A stretch of 59,213 bases of DNA, filler included, from Dugesia japonica (lineage: Eukaryota): assembly GCA_001938525.1 (NCBI GenBank). It is 5 parts of 5 records of this genome, joined end to end, with 100 filler letters (N's around TTAATTAATTAA, not from the genome) between each part and the next. Parts side by side here need not be neighbours in the genome. Positions count along the whole stretch, not along the records: positions 10,144 to 24,843 come from MQRL01554729.1; 4 more parts are not named here. One strand, written 5' to 3'. Below the pieces are notes generated by a model. It was not told where the DNA came from. It ran no database searches and was given only the letters and a program-made list of their open reading frames with translations. Below are positions 13,480-24,943 of this stretch, piece by piece; position 1 is the first letter of the stretch, and the number at the start of each line of letters is the position of its first letter. The position numbers were made by a program, and so were the translations under genes.

Positions 13480-13667
13480 AAAATATTTATATTGAAAATC
13501 TGTCTTCAATTATGGATTGGAGGAGCCGTAAATTATCTATAAGTTGGCATATTAACAGTTCATTCAATGGTACCATCTCATATTATATCATAAAGATTAT
13601 AAATGGAACCAGTAATTGTTTAAATGCAATCTTTTATATTATTAAACCAAGTATTGCTGAATCACAG
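13480..13667 (+). CDS. Possible isolated host exon, fibronectin type III-like
   Basis: ttttatag acceptor, cag|gtaaac donor; LSISW...FNGTISYYIIK pattern; no partner exons established. Confidence 0.3.
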
Positions 13668-14359
13668 GTAAACATTTAAAATTTTTTTTAATCAAACTAC
13701 CTATGTAAATATTCAGATGTTGTCTTTATTTAAATAAAAATATAACGAAAAAATTTAATATTCGAGGAAATTGTCAATTTTTTTTCTTCAAATAGTAACG
13801 ACATGGTGCCCCTACAACAATAAGATTAAAATTACGATAATCAACTACAGTAGATAAATAATTCAGTACAGCACAGTAACCNNNNNNNNNCCCCCCCCCA
13901 AGATATTTTTTAGGTAAACTTTGTCTAATTTTGAGCGTTTTGATTAGTCACACACATGTTTCCAGCGTTTTGATTGGTCGATTTTCTTTGTTTAAATGAG
14001 GTCGAATTATTTATTTTCCGTTTAAATTAATTGAATTTATTTATTTTTGGTTTAAATTAAGCAAAATTAATTACTTTTTTAAAAGTAATTTTCTATCGGA
14101 GCATGTTAACATTAATAGTGCAATACAATATGTACCCCTGGCAATATTAACATTAACATTAGTAGGTAGATAGTAGCGGTCTGTACCAACACACATTCAG
14201 TAACCCCACGTGTGTAAAAACTATTACGTTACTTTTCCAATGCAAATACCCGAAGACACACATTAGTGTGTATTACATAATTATTACATAATGGTATAGA
14301 ATTTATGTTATTTAAGCGGCGACACACATTTGTGTGTATTGCATAACTTTTGCTCGTAT

Positions 14360-14990
14360 ATTGGAATAGTTTACAGAATTATTTGAAAAGTTTACCGAAT
14401 TATTTGAATAGTTCACCGAATCATTCCACTAGTTTACCGAATTATTTGATTAGTTTACCTATTTATTTGAATTTTAAAATTTTAGATTTTTGTATGATTT
14501 TAGGCAATTATTTCCTCGGGGTTGGTCACTTTGGAAAAACTTGATCGGTTTTAGGTCATTTTTAAACGATTTGGTTAGGAATTTACTCGGTGTGGTCAAA
14601 TAACGCAGATTTTTGATTGGTTCATGTTAATTTGGTTGAAAAGTAACTCAGTGAGGTTGAATGAGGTCGGGTTCAGGTAAATTGGTTCAATATTTCCTTC
14701 GGATTGCTCGGTTTGGGTAATTTTTGGTTGACTTAGTCAATTATTTCCTCGGGAATGGTTGATTTAGGTCAGTTTTGGACAATTTGGTAAATTATTTACT
14801 CGGTATGGGCAAAAACGTGGTCAGTTTTAGGTACTTCTTGGGAGTTTTGGTCAATTATTTACTCGAGAATGGTTACTTTGGTTCATTTTTAAGAGATTTG
14901 ACTGAAACTTTCCTCGGGATTGGTCAGTTTAAGTAATTTTTCGGCGTTTTGGTGAATTATTTCCTCGAGTTGGTCAGTTTAGGATAAATT
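14360..14990. repeat. Subterminal tandem repeats (~22-bp agtttaccgaattatttg units, then ~42-bp aattatttcctcgg...tggtcagttt units)
   Basis: Direct inspection. Confidence 0.8.
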
Positions 14991-17419
14991 TTTACGGAAA
15001 TTCATGGAAAAAGTCGAATTTGTTTAAACTCAAAATTTTTTAAAATTATTTTAAACTTTTGTGATAAATTAGTGAAATTAGATCAGTTTTGTTCAAATTT
15101 TCAGATTTTTCAAAATTTTAAATAAAATGTTTATGGGAACTTGGGAAAACATCTGAAATTTCGAAATTTTTTGAAAAACATTTTTGTCGAGATTTGTACA
15201 TCAATCGATGGAGAATTCGATGGAGATTATTATTCACAAATAAATCTTTTTCGAAACAATTATTTCTCATTTTTATATTAAATAATCATCTCTATTATAT
15301 AGAAAATTATTTGCTGATTCCAAATATATAAACTTAAAATCGCGAAAGTTTATCCGGTATGAAATATTTATGGTTTTGCAGTAAAATATTCTCAAATTTT
15401 AAATTTTGGTGCTCAATTTTCTCTGCGTACATAACTCGTATGTTTTCAAAGTTGGTATTATTTTAATCAGAAGAAAAAAGTGACTGTACAAAGTTAAATT
15501 ATCGTTTCGGGAAAAATGCTTCCTAACGAAGATATTCAGCTACCCTCTCGGATTTGATAACGTTTTTCGAAAATTGAAAAAATATCGTAAATTCGCCACG
15601 AATATATCTATTCGATAAAAACTCTTTCACTGATTCCAAATATGTAAACATAAAATTATCAAACCTTATAGATAAAAAGCTATATAGAAAAAACCAGTAC
15701 TTCATTTTTGGAGTCCCGTAGGAAATTATGAATTTTGGAAAGAGTAACTGGAACTTGAACATCAAAGTATCTATCCCACAGAGAATGATATTTTGAGTAA
15801 GAAAAACATGATTACAAATCGTCAAACCTTATAAATAAAAAGTTATAAAGAAAAAATCAAGTTTAAAATAAGTTGACAATGATAGGAATCGAACCACCAC
15901 TGATGAACTGTAAAATAATGCTATTACCGCTGGACCATAAAGTAATTGCATAATTTTGAAATATCATTATTAATACGGATTAAAAAATCATCAAACTTTA
16001 TTATTGATGAAATAAATTAAAAACAAATACTTATGAACCACAAATACTATCATGAACCATGAAATCTTGAAAAAGTATAAAAAGAACTTAAATTTGAACA
16101 TCAAAGTAATTATTAGATAGAGAATGTTTTACTGATTCTGAATATCATCATCTTAAATCATCTAACTTTTTATGAAACTGGCAAAATCCGAAAAACAAAG
16201 TGTAAAATAAGTTGACAATCATAGGAATCGAACCCATCACTGTTGAATTGTAAGACAATTACCAACAGACTATAAAGTCAACAAACTTTTCTTTAAGTAT
16301 CAGTATTAATACGGATAAAAAACGTCAACATTATCCTTCATTAAATAAATTGAAAAAGCAAGTACTTCATAGTAGTTCGTTCCTAAGAAAATTTATAAGT
16401 ATGAAATTTAAAACAAGTTAAATTAAGTGTAAAGTATACATTTTTAATAATAATTAAAATAAAAGTTGAACATTTAATAAAATCAACAAATCCCACTTGA
16501 TTTCATTACACTTTTCATATAATTCTTAAACTCTGGAGCATAATTCATGTTATTTATTGACCCAGTTGGATGGTTTGTAAAAATAATTTGAAATCCAAGA
16601 CATGTTATGGAAATTAGTATATTTATTAAACTTTTATATAAATTTATTAAATTTCTAAGTAACTTAAAAAACATTTACACATATTTTAAAACTTATTCTA
16701 TATTTTGTATTTGTAATTTCTAAACCAAGTCAAATTCAATTTTGAAATTTGAAAAGTTTACATTTAATTCAAACAATGAATTTAAACAAGATTTATTAAA
16801 AATGTTAATACAATTAACTATTAATTTAATTAATTAATATGCATCATTCATATTATTTGAACCTTAATCTAAATTAAAATCATACGTCAGTAACACATTA
16901 AATAACATATTACCAAAATCAATTAAAATTTTAAATTTAACCGAACTAACAGGATTTAACTTTCATAATTCAATAATTTTCAATCTTCATCATAAAATTT
17001 GGATAAATATTTACTTTTTTCTAAACATTTAAATTAAAGGTCTATTAAAAAATTATAGAAGTCAATTATTGTTTATCTGAATTTTAAAATTATGACGAAA
17101 TAAAACGTGCTCATATAAAATGATTACACATGTTTTTTTAAAATTAATTTGATGCGATTAAACAAACATAAAATTCATTAATATTAGTATAATAATTGTA
17201 AAACCTTATCTTTAATGAAATAAATCAAAAAGCAAGTACTTCATATAGTTTGTTTTGTAGTAATATTAAATGATGGATGATTCCAAACAGTATTAATGCA
17301 AAAATTAGATGCTCTCAGTCAAATTAATATCAAATCAGGTCTAATTATTCACTCCTTTAAATAAAAATTTACTCTTCATTGGTCTCTTCCCACACTTATT
17401 GGTTTTCTCACTGTTTGAT

Positions 17420-17580
17420 GGTCTTCAGCGATCAGTGCTCTGAACTCTTTTAACTGGTTCTCAGACGTCACAAATCTGTTCACAGTGCACCGGATTTCAG
17501 TGTTCTGATCATAGCGCACTAGATTTCCGTCTGTAGTTCTCTGATCACTGTGCACTAGTCTTCAGTTATCGATGCTTTTT
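17420..17580. repeat. Degenerate ~30-bp tandem repeat (tctgatcactgtgcactag)
   Basis: Direct inspection. Confidence 0.55.
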
Positions 17581-17874
17581 TCGTTCTTCATCCTTTACTA
17601 GTTTTCTCATTCTTTGACAGTCTCACTTTTCATTGGTGGTAAATTTACTGCTTGATTAAGGGTTAAGTTTATACCTGACTAAAAATAAGCGATAAATAGA
17701 TTAAAACATTAACTGATAGCGAATATTATGTATATTAAGACTTGATGATAGCGAGAGTTGTGTACTATAACTTAAACCTTATGATAACGAATATTATACT
17801 AAGTATGGTTAATAGGTGAATAATACATATTAATTGGAAGAAACCTTTATTTTCAAAGAATTTTAGAAGCATAA

Positions 17875-19561
17875 ATAAATTAGATCCGGATTATTTTATC
17901 TCTATTTCTGCTTTAACATGGAAAAATGATTTAAAACATACAGGAATTTCATTAGACATGTTACAAACGCAGGAACTTATCGAATTTTTTGAAAGTGGAA
18001 TAAGAGGAGGAATTTCTACGGTATTAGGATATAAATATGTTAAACCAAATAATAAATATACTAATGAGGATTTTGAATATTATAAATATCCCGATGAAAT
18101 AGAATTTCAAAATATATTAAATGATTTTAAGATAAAAGGAGAAAATGCGAATAATAAAAAATTAGATTCTAACTTATCTTTTAATAAGTTAGAATCTAAT
18201 TTTTTGTTATATATCGATTCAAATAATTTATATGGTCATTCAATGAGTCAACCTTTACCTTATAGTAATTTTGAACATGCTGAAAAAAAAGCAATTGATA
18301 AAATGAACCAAAATCCGATTCAAGCATTACAATTCATGTTTAATAAAGCAAAAGAAATACATAATAACAATTTTAACGTCGGTTATGCTTTTCAAGTTGA
18401 TTTACAATACAAAGATGACGCAGCTAAAGTGGCTAATATGAAATATCTATTAGCTCCAGAAAAAAGAAAGAAAAAGAAAGAACTATAAATTATCAAAGAA
18501 ATTTATTAAATCAATCAAAACAAAAGTTTGTTGAAACTGATAAATTAGTTTTAGATTTAAATCCGAAAAAGAATTATGTAGTATATTGGAAAAATCTAGA
18601 ATATTATCTTCAAAGAGGAATGGTTGTAACAAAAATACATGAAGTATTTTCATTTAGAGAAAAACCATGGTTGAAAGATTGTATAGATTATAATACAAGA
18701 AAAAGAACTGTGGCAACAAACAATTTTGAGAAAGATTTGTGGAAATTAATGAATAACGGTTTTTTTGGTAAAACAATGGAGAATATAAGATTAAGACAAA
18801 ATATAGAATTATTTAATACATCAAAACAATTTATAAAAAGAGCTTCTAAACCAACTTTTAAAAGTTTAAAACAATTTGATGAAAATCTATTTGCTTGGCA
18901 CTTTACAAAGAAGTAAATACAAATGAATAAACCAATTTACATTGGATTTGTTATATTAGAATTATCCAAGTTACTTATGTATAAAACATTTTATGAAGAA
19001 TTAAATCCTAAATTAAATATTACACCAATACATTCTGATACTGATTCTTTGGTATTAAATATTAAATCAAATGATTTATATAAAGAAATAAGAGAAAAGA
19101 ATTTAAAAGAAATATTCGACTTTAGTAATTATAAAATAGATAGAGCTGTTGCAAGAGAATTAGAATTAACTCGAAAGGATTTAACTAAACATAAAAAATT
19201 AATTGGTTATTTTACAGAAGAATTAGGAGGACAAATGATGTTAGAGTTCTGTGCTTTAAAATCTAAATCATATTGTTTTATAAATAAAGATAAGAAAGAG
19301 GAATCGATAATTAAAGAGACAAAGAAGAATAAAGGAACAAGTAAAAGTGTTGTTGATAAAGAAATAAATATGAGTAATTATAAAGATGCGATAAAGAATG
19401 GTAATTTACAATATAATATCAATTATAATATTAGAACGAAATTACATAATGTTTATACAATAAAACAAAATAAAATATCTTTNNNNNNATATGATGATAA
19501 AAGATATTATTACAATAGTATAAATAACGGACCAGATTGCAATGGAAGTTATTTACCATAA
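17875..19561 (+). pseudogene. polB: Protein-primed family B DNA polymerase (Polinton pPolB), 5'-deleted, intein-free
   Basis: LDPDYF, GIRGG, YIDSNNLYG (motif A), KLMNNGFFGK (B), KPIYIGF, HSDTDS (C), KSKSY, KNKG, DDKR; frameshift near 18488 and stop at 18914. Confidence 0.93.
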
Positions 19562-20089
19562 ATATTAATTTCACTTTTTAATGAATATTTAAAAAAATGG
19601 ATGAAAATTATTGCAATAAAGATAATGAAAATTATTATATTTGAAATAAAGAAGAATTTCAAGATATAATGAATGATTTTAAAATAAATGGTGAGAAAAC
19701 AATCAAAGATTCAAGAATATATAATTTTAAAGTCTAATCAAAATAATAAGTTAAATTATAAATAATATTTTTATAAAAAAGGCATGCTAGAAAATATTAT
19801 TATGAAATTTTTATAACTATCCAGAAATGATTTATATTTCACTTGAATTATATGAATAATCCAGAAAATAAAATAAAACATCAATATTCATCAATTATTA
19901 AATTTATTTATGATTGAAACGGGAATATCTATTAAACAAAGAACATATCAATATTATATGTGTTATTTAAAGTCTAGTATTATATTATTAAAAGAATTAT
20001 ATTTTAAAGAAGAATTAAAACCTTTTATTAGTTATATTGAAGAGAGTAATTGCAAAATAATCGAATATGATGAATTATTTGAGAAATAA

Positions 20090-20540
20090 TTGTTTAATGA
20101 CAAAGAGATAGCATGTTTAATCGGTGGGATAGAGAATATGAAGAATGCAATGCAAGCAATTGAACAGTTAAATGTACAGCTAAATGCCATGACAAAGCAA
20201 ATTACACAGTTAAATGCACAGCAAACTACAAAGCAAAGTGCAAAGCAAACTACCGTGCAAAATTCAAAGCAAAATATGACACAGCAAAATACAAAGCAAA
20301 AAACGGCACAGCAAAATTCCGTGCAAATTCATAATGACATGAAAAATGACACCGTAAGTAGCAATAAGACTGAAAAACAAATAGTTGAAGATAAAATATC
20401 AGATTTCACTACAAAATACATCGTTGATAATCGAGATGATTACTATTACNTTTTAATTAACAAAGAAGCATTTAAATCTATTTTAAAATATGGTTGTGAT
20501 GATGTAATAGATCATTTTGTAAAACTAAAGAATGATATCA
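20090..20540 (+). CDS. Gln-rich coiled-coil hypothetical protein, 3' end disrupted by an inverted duplication
   Basis: ORF 20090-20587 with xKQ/AQQ repeats. Confidence 0.45.
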
Positions 20541-21229
20541 TCATCTTTATATTTCTTAATATATTCTATTATTTTATCATTCTTTAGTTTTACAAAATGA
20601 TCTATTACATCATCNNNNNNNNNNNNNNNNNNNNNNNNNNNNNNNNNNNNNNNNNNNNNNNNNNTTAAAATAGATTTAAATGCTTCTTTGTTAATTAAAA
20701 AGTAATAGTAATCATCTCGATTATCAACGATGTATTTTTTAGTGAAATCTGATATTAAGAAATATAAAGATGATGAAGAATTATTGTGATTAATAGTAAA
20801 ATTTGGGAAAAATATCCCCTGGCTATATATGTTAATGAAATAAATTGATCTTCCAAGTAAATTAAAATATTTTTCAGAACATAGAAATGATAAAGGCCTA
20901 ATAGATGCTTATTCTATTGCACCAGTGTTTAATTGATCAGTTAATCTTTTATTTTCTTTAATTAATTTATCGTTTTCTTTACCTATATCATAAATAGTAT
21001 CACCCATTATTTCAATACAATGCATATATTTTTCTTGTTTTATAAATTATTCTAAGGTTAAAGCAGCTTTATTAACTACAGATAGTTGATTTATTGCATT
21101 ATAGCTATCTTTAATTTTATTTTTTAAATTCAGGAATGTTACTTATTTCTTCAATTATATCATCAATCATTTTTTTAAATCTTAATTTAATTTTTATAAT
21201 TAATTTTTAATTTTATACAATTTAAAATA

Positions 21230-21909
21230 ATTATAATCTATTTCTAATTTACTTTCTTTCGTACTTTTGGTGTAGGTTGATTCATTAAAGATTCCATTTT
21301 CTTTAGCTTTGTTAATAAAAAAGTATTATCTTTATCTATTTCATTTTCTTCTTTAACTTCAATATTAGTTTTCATTTTTAATATTTTATTTTTGATTTAA
21401 TTAACAATAGTTTTGCTAGTATTTATTTCTTCATCAGTTAATATATTATCATGTAAACATTTCTGATGATAAAGAAATAATTTANNNNNNNNNNNNNNNN
21501 NNNNNNNNNNNNNNNNNNNNNNNNNNNNNNNNNNNNTTTTAATTAAATCAATGTTTAATAAACCATGAACAATTGAATTTGTTAAAGGAAATGTGCCTAG
21601 AATAATAACAGGTAAAGATACCAGGTAAACTATAAAACTTGTAGATAAAACAGTTATTGTTATTCCTGCAGCACCAAATAAAAATCCAATTAAAATATCA
21701 GTATATCTTATGCCTGTATCAAACATTTCCCATCTTCTATATAACTTATTATAATGATTTATTTTATCAGTTAAAAATGTTAGGTCATTTTCAAAATCTT
21801 TAATTCTTAATGTTTTTAATTTTGATTTTTAATCAGCTATAGATACAGTTCAATTAAATTGATCTTCTTCATTTATATCAGGATAAATACGATCATATTA
21901 TTTCTCCAT
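21230..21909 (-). pseudogene. Polinton membrane protein
   Basis: Two hydrophobic segments; RIYPD, DTGIRY, KLFLY, ILTDEE shared with 34076-34684. Confidence 0.75.
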
Positions 21910-22099
21910 TTTTAAAAAAAATAAGATTTTATGCTTTAAATGTAATATTTTTTTAACTTAATAACACTTGGATTTTATAATTGTTTCATTATTATTATTA
22001 TTATTAACATCGCGACCTACTCTTGTTTGTGAACTATAAAGGGCAAAACATTGTTGATATATATCACAGTTATTTGTTTTACTGCCACTAGTTTCTTAA

Positions 22100-23143
22100 C
22101 ATAAACACTCATAAATAAATCCACTCGGATTTTTATCTCCTATAACTAGTTTTCCAAATTCAAAATCTTTTTTTTATAGTCATGATTTGTTTATTTTTTG
22201 GATTATTTTGATTGAGAATAATTCGTTTTCCTTTCTTTTCAATATATAATAAATTAGGATAAGGTTTAGAAACGCCCATGAGAGTTAAATTAACTTTTTG
22301 ATCGTGATATAATTCTTCATTATTTAATCGTACACAATTTGTATATCCTTTATATTCTCCTATTATATTTTTATTTGATTCTCCTCCTTGAATAAANNNN
22401 NNNNNNNNNNNNNNNNNNNNNNNNNNNNNNNNNNNNNNNNNNNNNNNNNNNNNNNNNNNNNNNNNNNNNNNNNNNNNNNNNNNNNNNNNNNNNNNNNNNN
22501 NNNNNNNNNNNNNNNNNNNNNNNNNNAGGTATTTCCTACTGACGCATTTCTCAATCTTAATTCTGGTTTTCCTTTTATAGTTAAACCACCACCACATAAA
22601 TCTTCTTTTTACACTATCTTTTAAAGATTTCATCTCTTTATCTTGATCTTGTTTAAAAGTATTAAATGTTACTTGATTAACTTTATTATTTGATTTTAAC
22701 TCGATTTGGCCCACTTTACCCTTTAAAGATGATATTTCTTTATCTATTAGATCTTTAACTTTTTTATCTAATTTAGTTTTAAATTTTAATATTTTAGTTT
22801 CAATCGTTGCATTTACTCTACTAATAAGTGAGTCTATTCTAAACGTTGTTTTATAATCTATATCCTTATTAATTTGATTAGTATATTTCTTTAAATATTT
22901 ATTATTTACAACATAATTATCACTTTTAGGTTCTTGAATAACTTCTAGTTTTTCTATTTCATCACCCAATTCATTTACAAAAACTTTATCAAGATTATTT
23001 ATTTCACTAGTAATTTTATTATTTAACTTGTATTCTAAAGGTTTAGCTAGTTTAGCTTCAGTATGTTTATTTACATCTTCTAAATTAAAATCACTTGATT
23101 GAATTGTTGAACCAGATTTGCTTGTAGGAATAAAAGTACTCAT
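22100..23143 (-). pseudogene. Fibre/spike-like protein
   Basis: N-terminal FVNELGD...EPKSDNYVVNNKY corresponds to YVNETGD...DPKDLQDAVNLKY of ORF 32298; coiled coil; deletion and frameshift near 22600. Confidence 0.6.
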
Positions 23144-23604
23144 TTTTTCAAAAGTGTTTCTAAATCTGAGTAAATAGGATCAATAATTTTCTGAAAAGAA
23201 ATATATGTATTATTTAACATAAATAAAACATAAAGGCATAATATAACACATATATTTGTATTATTAGGCTGTACTTGTATTTTGTTATAAACCAACCCTC
23301 AGCTTAAGGCATTCGCTTGATAATCTTTATTTAAAAAAGCTTCAACTTCATCCATAGGTTTAATTCCATATGAATCAAAATTAATAAGTTTGTCTTTAAA
23401 ACAAACCCAATGAGAATCGTTTTTATCAGAGCTTTGATAATTAATAATAACGTTACATTTTTTAGTTGTCTTTAATTTATAAAGCTCGTCGTTCATTAAT
23501 ATTTTAATAGGTAAATTTAATTTAATAGAATATTCTTTTAAATCAAAATTTGTTTTAGTATTAATTTCAAATGTTTTTAAGAAATCAAGTATCGAATAAT
23601 TCAT
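23140..23604 (-). pseudogene. Adenain-like cysteine maturation protease
   Basis: SHWV, FDSYG, then QVQPNNTNIC after a premature TGA at 23299-23301. Confidence 0.88.
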
Positions 23605-23613
23605 TTTATTTTA

Positions 23614-24349
23614 TTAAACCTGTTTTAAATGTAAAATTATACTAATAGTTTCGCCGTTAAAATCTATTAAATAATTATATTCATCAACAACAGAAATCCT
23701 TATTGATTCAATTAACTTTTTAGTTTTATATAAATAGGAATATAAATAGGATTAGACATTCTTTCAACAAGTTTAAAACCAACAGTTACAGTGTTTATAG
23801 TGAAAGAATATAAAACATTTTCTTCTTTTCCATTAACATAACTACCTTTAATTAAATCACAAGTAATATTTATCGTTGTAATATTTATTATTTGAATATT
23901 ATTACTACTTGTATATTTCCCGCATTATTATAAATCCCTGGATTAAATCCAAGAAATGTATGAAAGAAAGATGTGTTTTCAAAGAGTAATATTTGATCTT
24001 TAAGAATAGTTAATTCGCATTTAGATGTAGATAAATCAAGTTTAATTTCTTTTTAAAATATTCTAAGCTTTTCATTTAATTCTTTAATTTAATAGGCGCC
24101 ATGAGTAATCACAATTACTTTATCATTTAATTGAAATGTATTATTTGAATAATTAATATTAAAAATAGTATTATAACAACTAAACCATAATAATCCTAAT
24201 TCCTAATTAAAATCTTTATTTAATTCTATAGGTGTAGGAAAATCAATTTTAAATGGTTTTTTAAATTATGATGGTTTTGATTGTGCAGAGATAGTTGTTG
24301 AGAATTTTGAACTCATTAAATTAATTAGCTTTTTGATTTCTTTTTCCAT
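23614..24349 (-). pseudogene. Penton / minor capsid protein (PX)
   Basis: PIEL..ELGLLWFSCYNTIFNI and VDEYNNLIDFNGETISIILHLK; stops and frameshifts; homologous to 30969-31730. Confidence 0.85.
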
Positions 24350-24380
24350 TTTATTTGCTTAAAAAATTGAAAATCTTTTA

Positions 24381-24843
24381 TTATTTAATTTTCTTTAAAA
24401 GATAATTATATTTATCTGTTGAAATCAAATGATAAGTTCTTAATTTACTAAGAATACTTTTAATTTGTAGATAAACATTATTATGTCCAGCTTTTTGTGC
24501 AGCAAATAATTTATTTAATTCAATAAATAGATTAATAGGATTTTCGTCATCATCTTCATCACTAATTGAATTTAAATGACTTATTGGGCTTCGCAGGCTT
24601 TGCCTTAAGACATTCGTCTGTATTCCAGTTCTTTCTTGAATTATTGGTTCGTCATTAGATAAAGCATAATTTAAATATTTCTTAATTTCATCTTTATTAT
24701 TTGAGTTTTTACCTAAAATTAAATTCTCTAAATCATTTGTAAATATAATTTCTAAGTTATGTGTTTTAGAATAAAAATATGACATTCCGTTTCTTTTATA
24801 AAGAATAAAGGAATGATCATTAATAGTTATAATTCTATAATTA
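24381..24843 (-). CDS. Polinton PZ-like protein, C-terminal part
   Basis: NPINLFIELNKLFAAQKAGHNNVYLQIKSILSKL matches the PZ C-terminal motif. Confidence 0.75.
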
Positions 24844-24943
24844 NNNNNNNNNNNNNNNNNNNNNNNNNNNNNNNNNNNNNNNNNNNNTTAATTAATTAAN
24901 NNNNNNNNNNNNNNNNNNNNNNNNNNNNNNNNNNNNNNNNNNN
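24844..24943. other. Artificial contig spacer
   Basis: N44-TTAATTAATTAA-N44. Confidence 0.95.

Larger units (their letters stand above)
14161..24843. mobile_element. Decayed Polinton (family A): putative left terminus, pPolB (+), convergent structural module (-), truncated by contig end
   Basis: AGTAGGTAGATAG terminus at 14161, subterminal repeats, pPolB, PZ, penton, protease, fibre and membrane genes. Linking the terminus to these genes is inference. Confidence 0.75.

Noticed and set aside
15874-15940. Functional tRNA-Val gene
   Set aside because: Acceptor, anticodon and T stems do not pair properly
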